NCBI RefSeq assembly: GCF_009914755.1
Contig: NC_060925.1
Strand: one strand, 5' to 3'
DNA from: the human T2T-CHM13v2.0 reference genome, Homo sapiens
Length of the DNA: 64,000 bases
Both the position numbers and the translations under genes were made by a program. Each line of letters begins with the position of its first letter. Within the stretch, counting starts at the first letter, position 1. The notes under the pieces are model-generated. The model saw only the letters and a program-made list of their open reading frames with translations. It was not told the DNA's origin and did not search any database. Positions 39,481 to 58,140 of this stretch are shown here, one piece after another.

Positions 39481-39545
39481 TGTATATGGTCTTTAGTGAG
39501 TTACCTAAACCTATAGTATCCAAACTTTGTGATTTCAAGTATAGT

Positions 39546-39752
39546 TATTATTTTATTTTATTTTTTATTTTTTTTGAGACGGAGTCTCACTCTGTCACCC
39601 AGGCTGGAGTACAGTGGCACCATCTGGGCTCACTGCAACCTCCGCCTTCCAGGCTCCAGTGATTCTCCTGCCTCAGCCTCCTGAGTAGCTGGGACTACAG
39701 GTGCAGGCCACCACGCCTGGCTAATTTTTGTATTTTTAGTAGAGAGGGGGTT
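39546..39752 (-). mobile_element. Alu missing most of its left arm
   Basis: Right arm and linker present, then an abrupt stop after agagaggggttt. Confidence 0.9.
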
Positions 39753-39754
39753 TA

Positions 39755-40103
<349 letters not shown>

Positions 40104-41113
40104 CTACCATCTATGATCAACATCACTGCACAAAAGAAATGCCATTTTAATATTAAGAACAAGGAAGACCATGATATCAAAATTAAGAGCTCATCTTTTA
40201 AATTAAATAAATTCCGTTTGTTTTATTCAGTTTATTCTAAAAATAAAAAGAGACTACTTTGTCCTTATTTTCATTTTTTGGAAGACTGACAAATATTCCT
40301 GTTGATTTTCTTCTATCTCTTAACATTTTATGACGATCTGACTCAAGCTCCGATTCTCTTTCCACTAACACAGCTGGAAATGGGAACCCATGGGTTTGGG
40401 TGGTAAAGGCCAGAATGCTCTAATTAGAGAAGCAGGCTGGATGAATGTCCAGGTTCTGTTCTGAAACCACACCATCCCCTGTGCCCTGATAAATCAACCA
40501 ACAGTTGTTTTGGTAGCCCCAGATAAGCAGCGGGAAGAGCTGACTTCCTCTTAGAAAATGACTCCTTTGTATTTCTGGCAAAACAGCTTGGGATTTGATG
40601 TGCAAACTGCAGCCTGTTCTCTCCTGGTACCTTCTGCTATCAGGCCAGTCATGACTGGCTTGGCTTTCACCCTGAGTGAAGAGCTACTGGGTCCATCGGG
40701 CTGTTTGCTCCCTGCCTACTGCTGTTCCAGGTCACAGTTTGGAAAAATAGCTTGGAGAATCCAATGCTTCTACAAGAGGCTCCCTGCCACTGGGCTCAAC
40801 CAGGAGCTTGCTTGTGAGCCACAGCTAGTCAATGACTTTACTATTATGAATGATAAAAATAAACATCTTTTGCACATTTTTTAAAGTAGTTTTTAAAACC
40901 CACTATCTTTTTAGGATAACATCAATGCTCAGGGAAATCTTCATGAAAGAATAAGAGATAGAACTGGTTTACCCTGAAAAATGAATGGTATTTGGAAGGA
41001 AGTTGGAATGGGAGGATGGGAATAGGGTGTGGAGGGCAGAAGGTGCAGGGACACACAGGAGCTGAGGAAAGGCATGAAGGGAGGAATACTGAATTCTCAT
41101 GAGGAGAAGAGGG

Positions 41114-41395
41114 GGCGAGGTGCAATGGCTCATGCCTGTAATCTGAACACTTTGGGAGGCCGAGGCAGGAGGATCACTGGAGGCTGGAGTTTGAGACCAG
41201 CCTGGCCAACATAGCAAGACCTTGTCTCTAAAAAATAAAAATTACCTGGGTGTGGTAGCACACTCCTATAGTCTTAGCTACTCAGGAGGCTGAGATGAGA
41301 GGATTGCTTGAGCCCAGGAGTTCCAGGCTGCAGTTAACCATGATCGCACCACTGTACTCCAGCTTGGGCAACGGACAGACCCTGTCTCTAAAAAA
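41114..41395 (+). mobile_element. AluJ
   Basis: AluJ diagnostics; TSD aggagaagag. Confidence 0.9.
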
Positions 41396-42434
41396 GGGGG
41401 GTTAAAAAAAAGGAGAAGAGAGAATGAACTGGTATGGGCCAGATGTGTGATCTCTCAAGCTTTTGAGGAGGACAGACTTGGTCAAACCCTAGCTCAACCA
41501 CTTACTGGTGCTATTACCTCCACCCTCCACCTCCTGCCCCTCATTGTGAGGGAAAGCTCTTTGAGGCCAGAAATGTTAAGTGATCATGAGGAGTAGGGAA
41601 ACGCCAGAAACATAATGAGTCTGACAGGGATTCTTCCTATTAAAAAGTTATTCAGGGAAATAGAAATAGTCAAACTACCTCCACCCTCTCTGTCCTTTGA
41701 TCTGGGTGTTTCTATCCCCTCCTTTTCCTTGAGAGAGGTTTCAAGGTTTAAAAAAAAAAAAAATCCATGGACATCAATAGGTCTTCAGACAAATTTGATC
41801 CCTCTAAGGCAGTTTGACCAAACCACCAAGCCAAGAAACAGTCCCTCTCCCTTGCTCTCAGGCAGGGACATAATAAGGGCTAAGGAAGTGACCTCCTTTC
41901 AGGAAGTAGGTGGACATATGACCTAAAATTCAACCCTTCTCTTCTTGGAAGGAACTTATCATCTAAAGGAGAAAAGCTTTAAAATGTGCTCCCTTTTCAG
42001 TGCAGAAGGAAAGAAGGAGTGGGAGAAAGAATTTACTGTCCTGCAGTAGTATTTAGAATATAGAGGAAAAATATTTTCTAAAAATGGACAACCTGAGTGA
42101 AGAGTTTGTAGCTTTAAAGATACCTTTCCCTGGAAGTTTTAGCCTCTACTTTTTTAATTGTCCCAGTTGGAAACCTGGGGAGATTTTTATCATCTGTGAG
42201 GTCGAGCTGTTTATTTATTTACTATATTTTTCCCATCACCTCCTGTTGCAACTGCTGCAATTCATACTGGGTGGTGTGTGAGGAGATGAGGCTGGGATTA
42301 AGAGGGGAAAGATTGGCAAGGAAGCCAACCTATGAAACAGAGAAAGATTGGGGCACACTGCTAAATGAAAGTGTATTTGACTTTCCATGACTTTATTTAA
42401 ATTTGCATTTTTTTATTATGAAAATAATATATGT

Positions 42435-42732
42435 GGCCAGGAAGGGTGCCTCAAACATGTAATCCCAGCAATTTGGGAGGCCAAGGTGGGTGGAGCACTT
42501 GAGGTCAGGAGTTCGAGACCAGCCTGGGCAATATGGTGAAAGCTCATCTCTACTAAAAATACAAAAATTAGCTGGGTGAGTTGGTGCACACCTGTAATCC
42601 CAGCTACTTAGGAGGCTGAGGCATGAGAATCGCTTGAACCCAGGAGGTGGAGGTTGCAGTGAGGTGAGATTGTGGCACTGCGTTCCAGCCTGGGCAACAG
42701 AGCAAGACTCAGTCTTAAAAAAAAAAAAAAAA
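42435..42732 (+). mobile_element. AluS
   Basis: TSD tgaaaataatat. Confidence 0.95.
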
Positions 42733-42789
42733 GACAGAAAAGAAAAGAAAACCTGAAAATAATATTTGCACCTATTCAAATTTCTATTT

Positions 42790-43155
42790 TGTGATGATTA
42801 ATTTTATGGGTCAACTTGAATGGGCCATGGGGTGCCCAGATATTTGGTTGAATATTATTCTGGGTTTGTTTGTGAGGGTGTTTCTGGATGAGATTAACAT
42901 TTGAGTCAGTACACTGAGTCGAGTAGGCTACCCTCCATCATGCAGGTGGTCCTTGTTTAATTAATAAAAGGCCTGAATAGAACAAAAAGGCTGACCCTCT
43001 TGCAAGTCAGAGGGAATGCCTCTTGTTTGGCTGCTTGAACTGGAGCATCAATCTTTTCCTGCTTTTGGACTTGAATTGAAATATTGGCTTTTATTGAGTC
43101 TTGAGCCTTGAGCCTGCCAGCTTTTGGACTACAATTATGTCATCAGCTTTCCTAG
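42790..43155 (+). mobile_element. MLT2 (C/D-like) ERVL LTR, 3'-truncated
   Basis: tgtgatgattaattttatgggtcaacttg...ggggtgcccagatatttgg...ggatgagattaacatttgagtc. Confidence 0.8.
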
Positions 43156-43159
43156 GGAA

Positions 43160-43532
43160 TGTTATGGACTGAATTGTGTCCCCCTAAAATTCATATGTTG
43201 AAGATCTAATTCCCAATGTGACTGCACTTTGAGATAGGGCTCTTAGGAGGAGATTAAGATTAAATTAAGTCAGAGGGTGGGGTTCTAATTGGACAGGATT
43301 GGTGGCCTTATAAGAAGAAGGGAGAGAGAGAAATCTTTCTCTCTCTCTCTGCCATGTGAAGACACAGCAAGAAGGTGGCTGTCTGTAAGCCAGGAAGAGA
43401 GCCCTCACCAGAAAACCATACTGGCACCCTAACCTCAGACTTCCAAACTCTAGAACTCTGAGAAAATTGTTCTGTTGTTTAAGCCACCCAGTCTGTTGTA
43501 TCTTGTTATGGCAGCCCAAGCTGACTAATACA
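43160..43532 (+). mobile_element. MLT1A0 solo LTR
   Basis: TGTTATGGACTGAATTGTGTCCCCC...GGCAGCCCAAGCTGACTAATACA. Confidence 0.9.
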
Positions 43533-43821
43533 CATTTTATTACCCCATGTAATAAAAGTAATTTAAGTACCCAGTGTAAAATAAATATAAATGCCTAGTG
43601 TAGAATTGTTCTCTTCCTCAGATAAGACCATGGTAAGCAGCTCCTTGTACATTTTTATAAAAAGTATGTATGCATATATAAGAATGTATCTTTTCTGTAA
43701 AAACAAAACAAAACAAAACAACACAACACAACACAACACATACAGAATCATGCTATACATACTGTTATACATCTTGCTTTCTTCACCTAAAAATCTTCTT
43801 TGGCGATCACTCTTTATCAGT

Positions 43822-43950
43822 AGTATGATCATATGTCCCAGTTTGCCTGGGCCAGTCCTGGTTTACAGTTTTTGTCCCAGTGTAATTATCAGTAGAATCC
43901 CTTCCCACTCTCAAAAGAATCCTGGTTTGGATAAATCTCATAGTCACTCT
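43822..43950. mobile_element. MER94-like hAT-Blackjack element
   Basis: atgtcccagtttgcctgggccagtcctggtttac...tcctggtttggataaat...gtcactcta. Confidence 0.55.
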
Positions 43951-44061
43951 ATTTATCAGGCAAAATGAATCTGCCTTTTTGCTTTTAGTAAGTTTCATGG
44001 AATGGCGTATCACAGATACGTCAACTGTAACTAAATCATCTATTTATGAATAGTTATTCCT

Positions 44062-44063
<2 letters not shown>

Positions 44064-44095
<32 letters not shown>

Positions 44096-44362
44096 GAGGC
44101 TTGCTCTCTCCCAGGCTGAAGTGCAGTGGCATGACCTCTGCAACCTCTGCCTCCCAGTTTCAAGTGATTCTTGTGCCTCAGCCTCCGGAATAGGTGGGAT
44201 TACAGGGGCCTGCCACTAGGCCCAGCTAATTTTTGTATTTTTAGTAGAGACGGGGTTTTGCCAGGTTGCCCAGGCTGGTCTCAAACTCTTGGGCTCAAGC
44301 GATCCACCCACCTCGGCCTCCCAAAGTTCTGGGATTACAGGCGTGAGCCACCTTGCCTGGCC
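44064..44362 (-). mobile_element. Alu (J/S)
   Basis: TSD tagttttt. Confidence 0.92.
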
Positions 44363-44512
44363 CTTAGTTTTTAACTATTACAAAGAATTCAGCAGGGAGC
44401 CTCCTTCCTCATTCCCTTGAACCCCTGTGAGAGCACATGTGGAAGGCAAATTCTAGCAGTGAAAATTTCTGGGTCAAGAGTTTGTGCCTTTTACACTTTT
44501 CTGTAAAATAAT

Positions 44513-44841
<329 letters not shown>

Positions 44842-44881
44842 AAAATAATATTTTTATTTACTTTTTAATTGAAGTGTAATA

Positions 44882-45452
44882 CGGCAGATCTTCAAACAAT
44901 GTTGTTGTTTCATTATAACATTGATGAGAATAAAATGGATTCCCTGCTGGGGCTGCTGTCTGTGTGGAATTTGCATGTTTCCCCCATGTCTGCGTGGTTT
45001 TCTCCGGGTATTCCGGTTTCCTCCCACATCCCAAAGCTGTACCCGTGATGCTCATTGGTGTGCCTCAATGGTCCCAGTCTGAGTGAGAGTGGGTGTGTGT
45101 GTGAGTGTGTCCTGCGATAGGATGGTGTCCTGGCCAGGATGGGTTCCTGCCTTGTACCCCAAGCTGCCGGGATGGGCTCTGGCAACCAGAGATCCTGAAC
45201 TGGAATAAGCGGGTAAATAGTGATCGTACTTGATTTTATTAATCTTCCTTAAATGTACTTATATGTAGCTCACATTTATTTAAACATTTCATATTAGAAG
45301 TGTTTTTGTCTTTATTTAGAAGCTGTTTCTGCGACCAGAAATATGCCGAAGGAACTTAACTCTTGTTTATACCCATTAGCCTATGGTAAAATTGGTTTCA
45401 CCTAAAGTCTCAGTTTCCAAGAACCTACCGGGGAAGTTGTAAAGACTTACTG
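44882..45452 (+). mobile_element. MER6/MER6A TcMar-Tigger element (carries a V-SINE-like core)
   Basis: tgtgtggaatttgcatgtttcccccatgtctgcgtggttttctccgggtattccggtttcctcccacatcccaaag; TA at the 5' flank. Confidence 0.85.
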
Positions 45453-45867
45453 CATTTCATTGTATGACTATGCCAATTTATTCATCCACCATTGACATTT
45501 TGAACTCTAGCCAAATTCCTCTTCATGTGGGAGGAACTTCAGGCAGAGGAGCCAACCCAGGTGAACCAACCCAGATAGCTCTGCACACCTGCCTCACTCA
45601 GAGCCCAGGTCCTCCCACAGCATTTTGGACGGATCAGGTCATTGCCCTCCTCACACAGTTCCAGTAGATTTCCTGCCTGGCTCCTTTCCTTCTCCTGAGG
45701 GTACCAAGCCCTCTTCCTCCAGAACGCATTGGCTGACTCTTCCACCACCGTGCCCACGGCGGGAGGGAACTTCTGGGGATCCCCACAGCATTCCCTACTT
45801 CTCATGTCCCTGCACACATCACTTGGAATTGTAATCCCTTCTTTAATTCCCATATTTCCAGTTGGAC

Positions 45868-47048
<1,181 letters not shown>

Positions 47049-47070
47049 TAAAGAATCCTACCCTAGTTCT

Positions 47071-47084
47071 CTGCCAGATGGCAC
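47071..47084 (+). promoter_or_regulatory. Candidate CTCF site
   Basis: CTGCCAGATGGCAC against core CCRSYAGRKGGCRS, one mismatch, in apparently unique DNA. Confidence 0.4.
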
Positions 47085-48024
47085 ACTGCTATCTACTTAT
47101 CAAAGCAGGCAAAGAAACCTCACTGTGGCTGTGAAAAAGGTGTTTTCCCGCAACCAGTCCTCTCACCAGCTGCAGACTCTTTTTCTAACAACATCATTTT
47201 TAGCCTGAGAATGTTGAAGACAGGGACAGTTACAGGTGTCTTTCAGGGCAAGAACCACGTCATTCATCTGCGTGTTGCCTATCACAGGGCCTGGTACACT
47301 TTCAGAACTCAATGCTTGTATGTTGAGTGGGTAGAGGTGGAGCCAGAGTCCAACTGGGGCGGCCAAGCTGATAACAAGGTGACCAGTAGGTCACTGGGTC
47401 AGAGATCTAGAGCCCAGTTGGGGTGGCTCCTGTGTGACCACAAACTTCTGAGGCATACAATACTGTCAATCAGACTACCAGGGAGCCAGGTGGCCTTGGA
47501 TTTGGTGAATCAGGCCAGGCAGGAAGTCAGCAGCAGGCAGACAAGGCAGTGCCCACATAGGCACCAAGAGAGGGGTTGGGGCCAAGTGGGTTCAAGAACC
47601 TGGTGTGAGTAGAAGCTGAAATGGAAGGGGCACATCAGAAACCTGCAGGAGAAAAGGAGCAACTTAACCAGAGGCAGCTTCCTGCACCATGACCCAGTAC
47701 TGATATTGTCCTCTGCAGTGAGAATCAGCTCAGCTTAGCCACAGGCTCATGGGCCACAGCATGTGAGCGTGAGCAACAGCTGTGAGGGTCTCTGGTAGGC
47801 AGACTCTGAAACCAGAGGTGAGCTGAAAACAGTCACTTCAACAAGCAACAGTCACAGTAGATACGAAACTGAATAGGACAGTCACCACCCTTGGGAAGCT
47901 CATGGTCTAGCGCAACAGTCAGGCACCAAAAAACAATCTCATATATGGTGGTAAATGAGAACAAAAGGCTACCAGACTGAAAGCTTTAAAAAAAAAAAAA
48001 AGAAAAGAAAAGAAAAAAAAAAAA

Positions 48025-48321
<297 letters not shown>

Positions 48322-48344
48322 TTAATTTTTAAAAAAAGTCTCTT

Positions 48345-48510
48345 TTATCCTTTCCAATAATGCTTTGTGGTAGATATTATTTCTTCCACTTCATAAACAA
48401 GAAATGTGAGGCTCAGAGAGGATAAATAGCTTGCCCAAGGTCACACAGCTGTGTGTAGATCCAGTTTACAAACTCAGGTTTCTGTTACTCAAAAGTCCAC
48501 ACATCTCAGC
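48345..48510 (-). mobile_element. MIR
   Basis: tgaggctcagagaggataaatagcttgcccaaggtcacacagct. Confidence 0.8.
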
Positions 48511-48697
48511 TCTGAAGCTGAAGCTGTTTTTCTCTATCGCTGGGCATGTAGTAGGTATTCAGCAAATGACTCCTTTGAAGTAGATTTAGTTCTCATGCTC
48601 CTGTACTCTCCATGCATTTCTATTATAACTCTATTCTAGTCCCAAGCACTTGGTAGAATAAATATATTTCATTCATTCCAAACAGGCCTTAAAGTAG

Positions 48698-49070
<373 letters not shown>

Positions 49071-51041
49071 TAACATACAGTAAGTGTTAACACCTGTGAG
49101 TGTGAGTGTGAGTGTGTGAAGGTTAACCTGGAAGCATTGTGCTTGATGGCCTAGAAAGGGAACAAAGAAAATCTTGGCTGCAATGGTCAGGGCTATTTTA
49201 TTCTTCCCAGTACTAGTAGTGCCTGGCACATTAGAAGTGCTCACACACATTGGCTGAATAAATGAAGAATCCTGCATTCATTCACCCTAGTTCTAGCTGT
49301 AACAATAGAATCCTATTCACTCTGGGTAGTTCTAGAGCCAGTTAGAGATATTGTATTGCATTCTGGAGACCCTCCAAGTCCAAGGAATTTCACCGTGTCT
49401 ACAGAATACCCCTGTCTCCAAAGAAACTACATTTCAGTTCCAAGTAGTTGTACCACAGTCATAAACACAACCACAAAGGAGAAATGGAAACAAACCACCA
49501 AAACACTGTGACTGGGAGGCCCAACTCCTCTCAACCACTGAAGAGCAGTTTCTAAACAAACACAAAGGGAATTGTACCTGCTCTGGGTCCTGCCAAAAGA
49601 ATAGAAAGCAAACCCAAGAAAGTCAGACTGGCACCAAGTGAGAACCCAACAGGGCCAAATAGGAAGCTCACTGGGGGAGGAGAGATGCCAGGATTAGTGG
49701 TGGTAGGAGGTTGACCTAATTCCACTGTGTTCAAGGGATATTACTGCCTGGTCCAATGAGTCATACAGCTCAGGCATGTCATATCATTTTAACCACAGAT
49801 AATAAGAATAACAACCTCCTTTTATTGAGTGATTACTAAGTACCGGCCCTATGCTAAGCACTCTTTACACATTAGCTCACTTTTGCTAAGACTGGGCAGG
49901 GAGGTAATCAAGTCGCAGGAGTCATCCAGGTAGGCAAAAGAAATATGAAGGCAAGCGCACCACCAAGGCTGAGGACAGGAAATTTGGATGTTGACAGACA
50001 AGTGTCTGCCCCACCTCTAATTCGTTAAGCTGATGATTCCCAAACACACATCGGAGTAAACTGGGAAAGTTTTCAAAAGACAGCTTTCTGAGTCCCCCTC
50101 AGACTCACTGAATCAGAATTTCTAAGGACAAGGCCCAGAAATCCATATTTTTATCTATATTTTTAAAATCTATATTTAAAAATCCCAATTTAAAAAAAAA
50201 ACCACCCTGAATTCACACTTGTGAATATCCCACATACACGTGGGCCCTTAAAGAAAGTGCAGATGCTAAAATAACCCAGGACCCTACATTGGCTTATTCC
50301 CAAACTGCTTTCATTTAGTCCCAGCTCTACTGGGTCTCAAATCCATGGCTCTAAAACCCTAGACATTCTTTGGGCCTGTGGACAGGTGTTTCTCAGGCTT
50401 TGCATCTGAGTTAGTCCCCAAATCCTTAGGATTAACTTGACTCCTGGGCATTTTGTGCCACTATAGGTGGTTACGTCCTCCCACCCCAGACATTTGCATC
50501 TAAACAAGCAGTGCCAGAGCCCTGTTAGTGAGGATGAGTAGGGGACACTTGGACCCAGGATACCAGCAATGAGACCATCATACAGAAGGATGAGTGTCCT
50601 GCAAGACCTGGCCCAACTAAAAGCCTCATAGCTATTGCCTGTTAGGGGAGGAATGAGTCTCTTAGCAGTCCCTGAGCACACATTGAAAAAGGATGCAAGT
50701 GAGGCGGCGAATGAGGGGTCTGAGCTTGAAGGTAGCCCTAGGACCTCCTCAACAGGCTCCCAGGTTCTGAATCCTGTTCACGAATCTTCCTTCTCCTGCA
50801 TCAAGAACCATCTCCACCAACCCCCATCTCTGGTCTTTACCACAGGAAAACACCTCTGCTCAATCCTGGCAACCATCCACCACCCACAGTCAAAAATAGA
50901 CCAGCTGGCCTCTGCAAGCACGTTGCTTTCACTGATGAGAAACAAACACCCATTTAGTTTACTTTCTCTTCAAAAGTCCAGGAAGCCTCTTGACAGAAGA
51001 TACTGGGAAGTTTTAGTGAAGGCCAAGGGCTTAAGTTTTGA

Positions 51042-51518
<477 letters not shown>

Positions 51519-52084
51519 TAATGGAGTTGACCATCAGGAGAAGAGTCTGCCTGGGAGATGTGAGATCATTTCCATTGGATGTGACTCTAAGTATCTATCA
51601 GCCATGCCATAGGTGTGAGGTTGGACCAAGAGAACCTTTAAGATATCTTCCAAGCTCTAACTCTACGACTCTGTAATCATTATCACCATAAACTGGGCAC
51701 CTTTTCCACAAGGGGCTTGTGTAAAATGTGGAACAATCAACTTGGAAAAGGCCTATTCAAGAATCAGAACTTCTTGTGTTCTGAGGGATATTCCTACAAA
51801 TCTCCGAGGACATAATAACTTACCAATATATAGTCTAGGAATATTTCTGAATGTTTCAGTCACTGAGAGTCCAGGAAGCCTCTCTTCTGGACAGTGTCTG
51901 CTAATTAGCTCCCTTGTTGAAATAGTCTGTATCCACCACCAAACACCCTGAGAGTGCTATCCTTTCCTGATGGATACATTATAGTTTATTTCTGAAATAG
52001 TTTATCTCTCAAATCTCTCTCTAACTCACACCTCTCCCCTGCTTAGATTGTTCCAATCAGTTGGACATTTTATTTGTATTTCAA

Positions 52085-53259
<1,175 letters not shown>

Positions 53260-53260
<1 letters not shown>

Positions 53261-54370
53261 ATCCACTCTGCCTTTTAATTATAGTGTTAAGACCATTTAT
53301 ATTTAATGTAATTATTGACACAGTTGATGTCCACTATCGTGCTATTTATTTTCAATTTAGCCTATCTGTTCTCTGTTCCTCTTGCCTCTTTTCCTGCTTT
53401 CTTTTGTATAAAGCAAGAAGAAAATGTTCAGGGTTTCATTTTATCTCCTCTATTGACTCTTGAGCTAGTTCACGTGGTTTTTGTTTGTTTGTTTTAGTGG
53501 TTGCTTTGGAAGTTATAATATGCATCCATCACTTACCACAGGCATATCTTGAAGTAAGATTATACCACTTCATGTATAAGGTAAGAAACATAAAACAACA
53601 TACTTATATTTATTCCCCTTCTGGTCTTTTTTCTATTGCTATAATGCCTTTTATTATTTCTATATATATTATAAACTCCACAAATTATTGTTAACTTTTG
53701 GTTAAAATTCAATTGTATAGACTCACGGATTCCTATTTTATTCAGTGATACGATCTATTACTGTTATTATTATTATTTTTTTAGTCTTCAAATCATCCCA
53801 GATTGAGCCATTGGGAATCCCTTTAAGTTACTTCTTGTGTCTTTTTGATATGTCCCCCATCATTCTTTGAGGACTTTGTTACTTCTGGTAGCAGGTTCCA
53901 TGCTCATTTTATACTTCTCTGCCCTTCCCCTGAAATCAGCCATTTCTCCAAGGAGACTTGATTCTTTTTGTGAAAAGTGATATTCACAAAGCAGGATCTA
54001 GGTACTAGTGTAGTGCTCATTGCTACTACAGTATCATTCATTACTTCTAGGCCCCTGTCCTCTCAGTGGACAGAGCTGGGAAATGTACATATGTATATAC
54101 TCACATATATGTACACATGCACACCTGTATCTGTTTCTATAACTATCTACTAAAAACCATGAGCCCTCACCAATGCCTCCAATTCCAATCCAACATCACA
54201 GGGTTTATTTTAGCCTTCCCCTTTCCATTTTTGTCTTTTTAATTTTAACTTTTATTTCCTTTGGTGCTCCTCAGCAGGACCCTTTCCATATTTGTAACTC
54301 TCTTCATTCACAGTGAGAGAATCAGCTTTCATTATCCTCTGTACATTTATATATTTGCCCAATCTTCCTG
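53260..54370 (-). mobile_element. Old L1M antisense fragments
   Basis: ccatttatatttaatgtaattattga; aatcagccatttctccaaggag...tgctcattgctac. Confidence 0.6.
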
Positions 54371-55703
54371 GATGTAACCAGTATTCTGGCCACTCTGGAG
54401 CCAGTCCTTGGTTCTGCTGCCCCACTGATTCCCACCAGTGACATCAGGACTAAATTCTTCCCTCACTAATTGCTGCTGGCCATGCTGGAGCCAAAGCCTA
54501 GACCCTGATGAAGGGCCCAGTAGCCTTGGTGAAGAAGCAGGAGGAATGTCAGGATTAATCACAGCTGATAATCTGTAAACTAGATGTGACAGGAAGATGA
54601 GGGAGCTTGGATACCGAGAATGCCAGAAAATATGCCATGGGTTTCAGGCGGGTTGTACAAGAAAAATGTGCCAGGAGATGCACCGAGTTGGTAGAAAATG
54701 GAGGAGTGGAAGTGCTGGAGATCTTGATAAAATCGAAGAATAGGTATGGTTAGGATGAAGCTATCTGGAGGACACAGCCACTTCCAAATAGCTGGCCAAA
54801 TCCCTGATTATATCTTCACATGAACTGGGCTACAGAGAGACCCAATTCCACTGGAACTTTTATTATCAAGTGGGTCACATCCGGGAGAATTGCCATTAAG
54901 CAGACATTTTTCCAAACAGGGATTACAGGTGCTTCCCCTCCAGTAAATTAAACCCCTAATAGCAGAAGTAAAGGAAGCACATGTACACTCACACACAGAC
55001 TGAATATAATACTGGCCCCCAATCAAAAATCATCAGGAAGTCAGACTTCAAGGCAAGCCCTCTGTCCTGAAACGACTCTTTCATGATCAGATAGCACAGG
55101 TATCAAAGAGAAAAGACAGAGATGGAGCTTTTGCAAGTTCCTGAACCCAGAAGCCATGGGGTTCTGAAAGACCAGCTGGAAACTGGATGAATTAATATCT
55201 GAATAGTTGAATAAACAAACCTGAGCTAGCCTTGCAGACTGAGTAGGATTTCTGTATGTGAGAGGGAGAAGGAGTGGAATTCCCATGGGAAGCAACCCAA
55301 TTAAGGATCTAGAGCAAGCCACAAGCACGCGAGAACGGTATGACAGAACCATGGCTGCATCTGCTGCACTGGGGGTGACCTAGGTCAGGGCCGTAGCAGA
55401 GTCACGTCTCCAGGCAGCACCAGGCTGTCAGCGCTGTTTGGCAATGCAGCTGTGTGTAAGTTTCCTCCTTCATCCCTCTGTGGATATTCAGACTCCCCCC
55501 TCTCAGTGGACAGCCTTGCTGGCTTCAGTGATTAACATCAAGGCTATCAGTCATGAACTTCCTCAACCTCCTGTTTCTGCACCTACAAATTATTGTATTT
55601 ATACCTACTCACAAATTCTTTCTTCCCCAGTCACAGGAAGAGATGTCCTATTAAAGACTAATTCCCCACACCACATTCATGCTTTCCTTTTTCCTCACAA
55701 AAA

Positions 55704-56050
<347 letters not shown>

Positions 56051-56137
56051 TCAGGATCTTTCCCAAAAACTGTGAATAGGAAGTCTCATCATGAGCACAT
56101 GAAACATTAATCCTATACCCTGTAGCTATTGCCCAAT

Positions 56138-56463
56138 TCTATGGCTTAAATGGGTCCCTTCCAAAAATCAGGTGTTGTCAATGTGATAGAATTAAGAGGC
56201 ATGGCCTTTAAGAGATTATTATGCTATGAGGGCTCCTCCTCTTGAATGGGATTAGGTATCCTAATAAAGGGATTCGAAGAGGAAATTGGTTCTCTCTTGC
56301 GCTTCTGCTTTCCACGTGAGGATGCAGCAAGAAGGCCCCCAAAAGGAGCCAGCATCTTGATTTTGGACTTCCCAGCCTCTAGCACGGTGAGAAACAAATT
56401 TCCTTTCTTTATAAATTACCCAGTCTGTGGTATCCTGTTATAGTAGCACAAAACAGACTAAAA
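56138..56463 (+). mobile_element. MST (C/D-like) MaLR LTR
   Basis: atggcttaaatg...ttggacttcccagcctctag...tttataaattacccagtctgtggtatcctgttatagtagcacaaaacagactaa. Confidence 0.8.
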
Positions 56464-56592
56464 ATGCCTTTTCTTTCTCTTTCCTTTAACAGAAAAGCTT
56501 ATTTTTTGTTAAATACTGTTTCACATTTTTCTCTACTTATAAAAGTAGTATACGTTCATTACAGAATATTTAGAAAACAAAGAAATATTTAG

Positions 56593-57022
<430 letters not shown>

Positions 57023-57379
57023 CCCACCTGAGGATATTTTGTTTCTATGTGTATATATCTACATTCAGCATTTAATAGCTAACATTTTACTGAGCACTTT
57101 CTGTGTGCCAGGCTAACCACCACCCAGTGAGGGACTTTACCATGGCTGCACATCCTGTCAGTGGCCTAGTCAGGATTTGATCCCAGGGAGTCTGGCTTCA
57201 GAGGGTGAGATCTTAACCCTGCTCCTTATGCCTCTAATTTATACCAGAATTGGAATCATATAGTATAGGTAATGTTTTATATCCTGCGTTTCACTTAGTG
57301 TTATATTCTAAGTATTTCTCAATATCACAAATTATGTTTTGTAAATGTAATTTCTAAGTTAGTATCACACTTTTCAATA

Positions 57380-58140
57380 GGATAGCTTGTCCTCTTCCAT
57401 TCAGTTGTCAAACCATTGATTTTTGCCCTCACTTCTCACCACTCAACAGAAACAGATCCCAGAAGGATCATAGGTGACCTCTTCGAGGCTAACTCCATTG
57501 GACATGTTATAACCCTTCTCTTTCTTGACTCCTCAGGAATATTTGACACCATTGTACTCTCCTTCTTTCTGTCATCTAGTCAATATTTATTGAGCACCAG
57601 CAGAAACTTCCTCCTCTATCCATTTCCAAGACATGCTTTTCTTTGGTTTCCCTTTCTTTCCCTGGCCATGTTTTCTTAGCCTTTAAGTTCCTGGTCCTCA
57701 GTCCACACTTGAAGTGTGGGTTCCCCTGAGAGCCCCATGTCGGGGTTTTCACCAGCATTTTTCAGCCCTGACTGTGGCTAGGAATCACTGGAAATAACTG
57801 CCTAAAGTATTCAGAGTGGGGAGTGGGCTTCAATATTTTGAAGATGCTTCATGTCTTCCACTCAGTCTTTGCTTTTCCTCCTGTGTTCCCTATGTCAGAG
57901 AATAGCATACATCTCCACCCACTTACTTAAGCAAGGAAGCTTGCCTTCTTCCTCTCTCCCAATCAATCACTGTGTCCTGTTGATTCTACCACCTTATTAT
58001 TTTTAAATGTTTCTACATCTCTCTATCTCCATTGTCATTACCTGCATTCAGCCCATCATCTGTTCTTACCTGGATTACTAAAATGCCCTTGTAGTTGACC
58101 CTGCCTCCAATCTTGCCTCACTCCAATCCTTAGGTTGTTG
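57380..58140 (+). mobile_element. Decayed L2
   Basis: catttgacacc-like and aatcaatcactgtgtcctgttgattctacc...cttacctggattact motifs. Confidence 0.55.

Noticed and set aside
47988-48024. A-rich tract upstream of an AluY as a retrocopy tail
   Set aside because: No poly(A) signal, TSD or identifiable mRNA body upstream; likely an expanded A-rich target.
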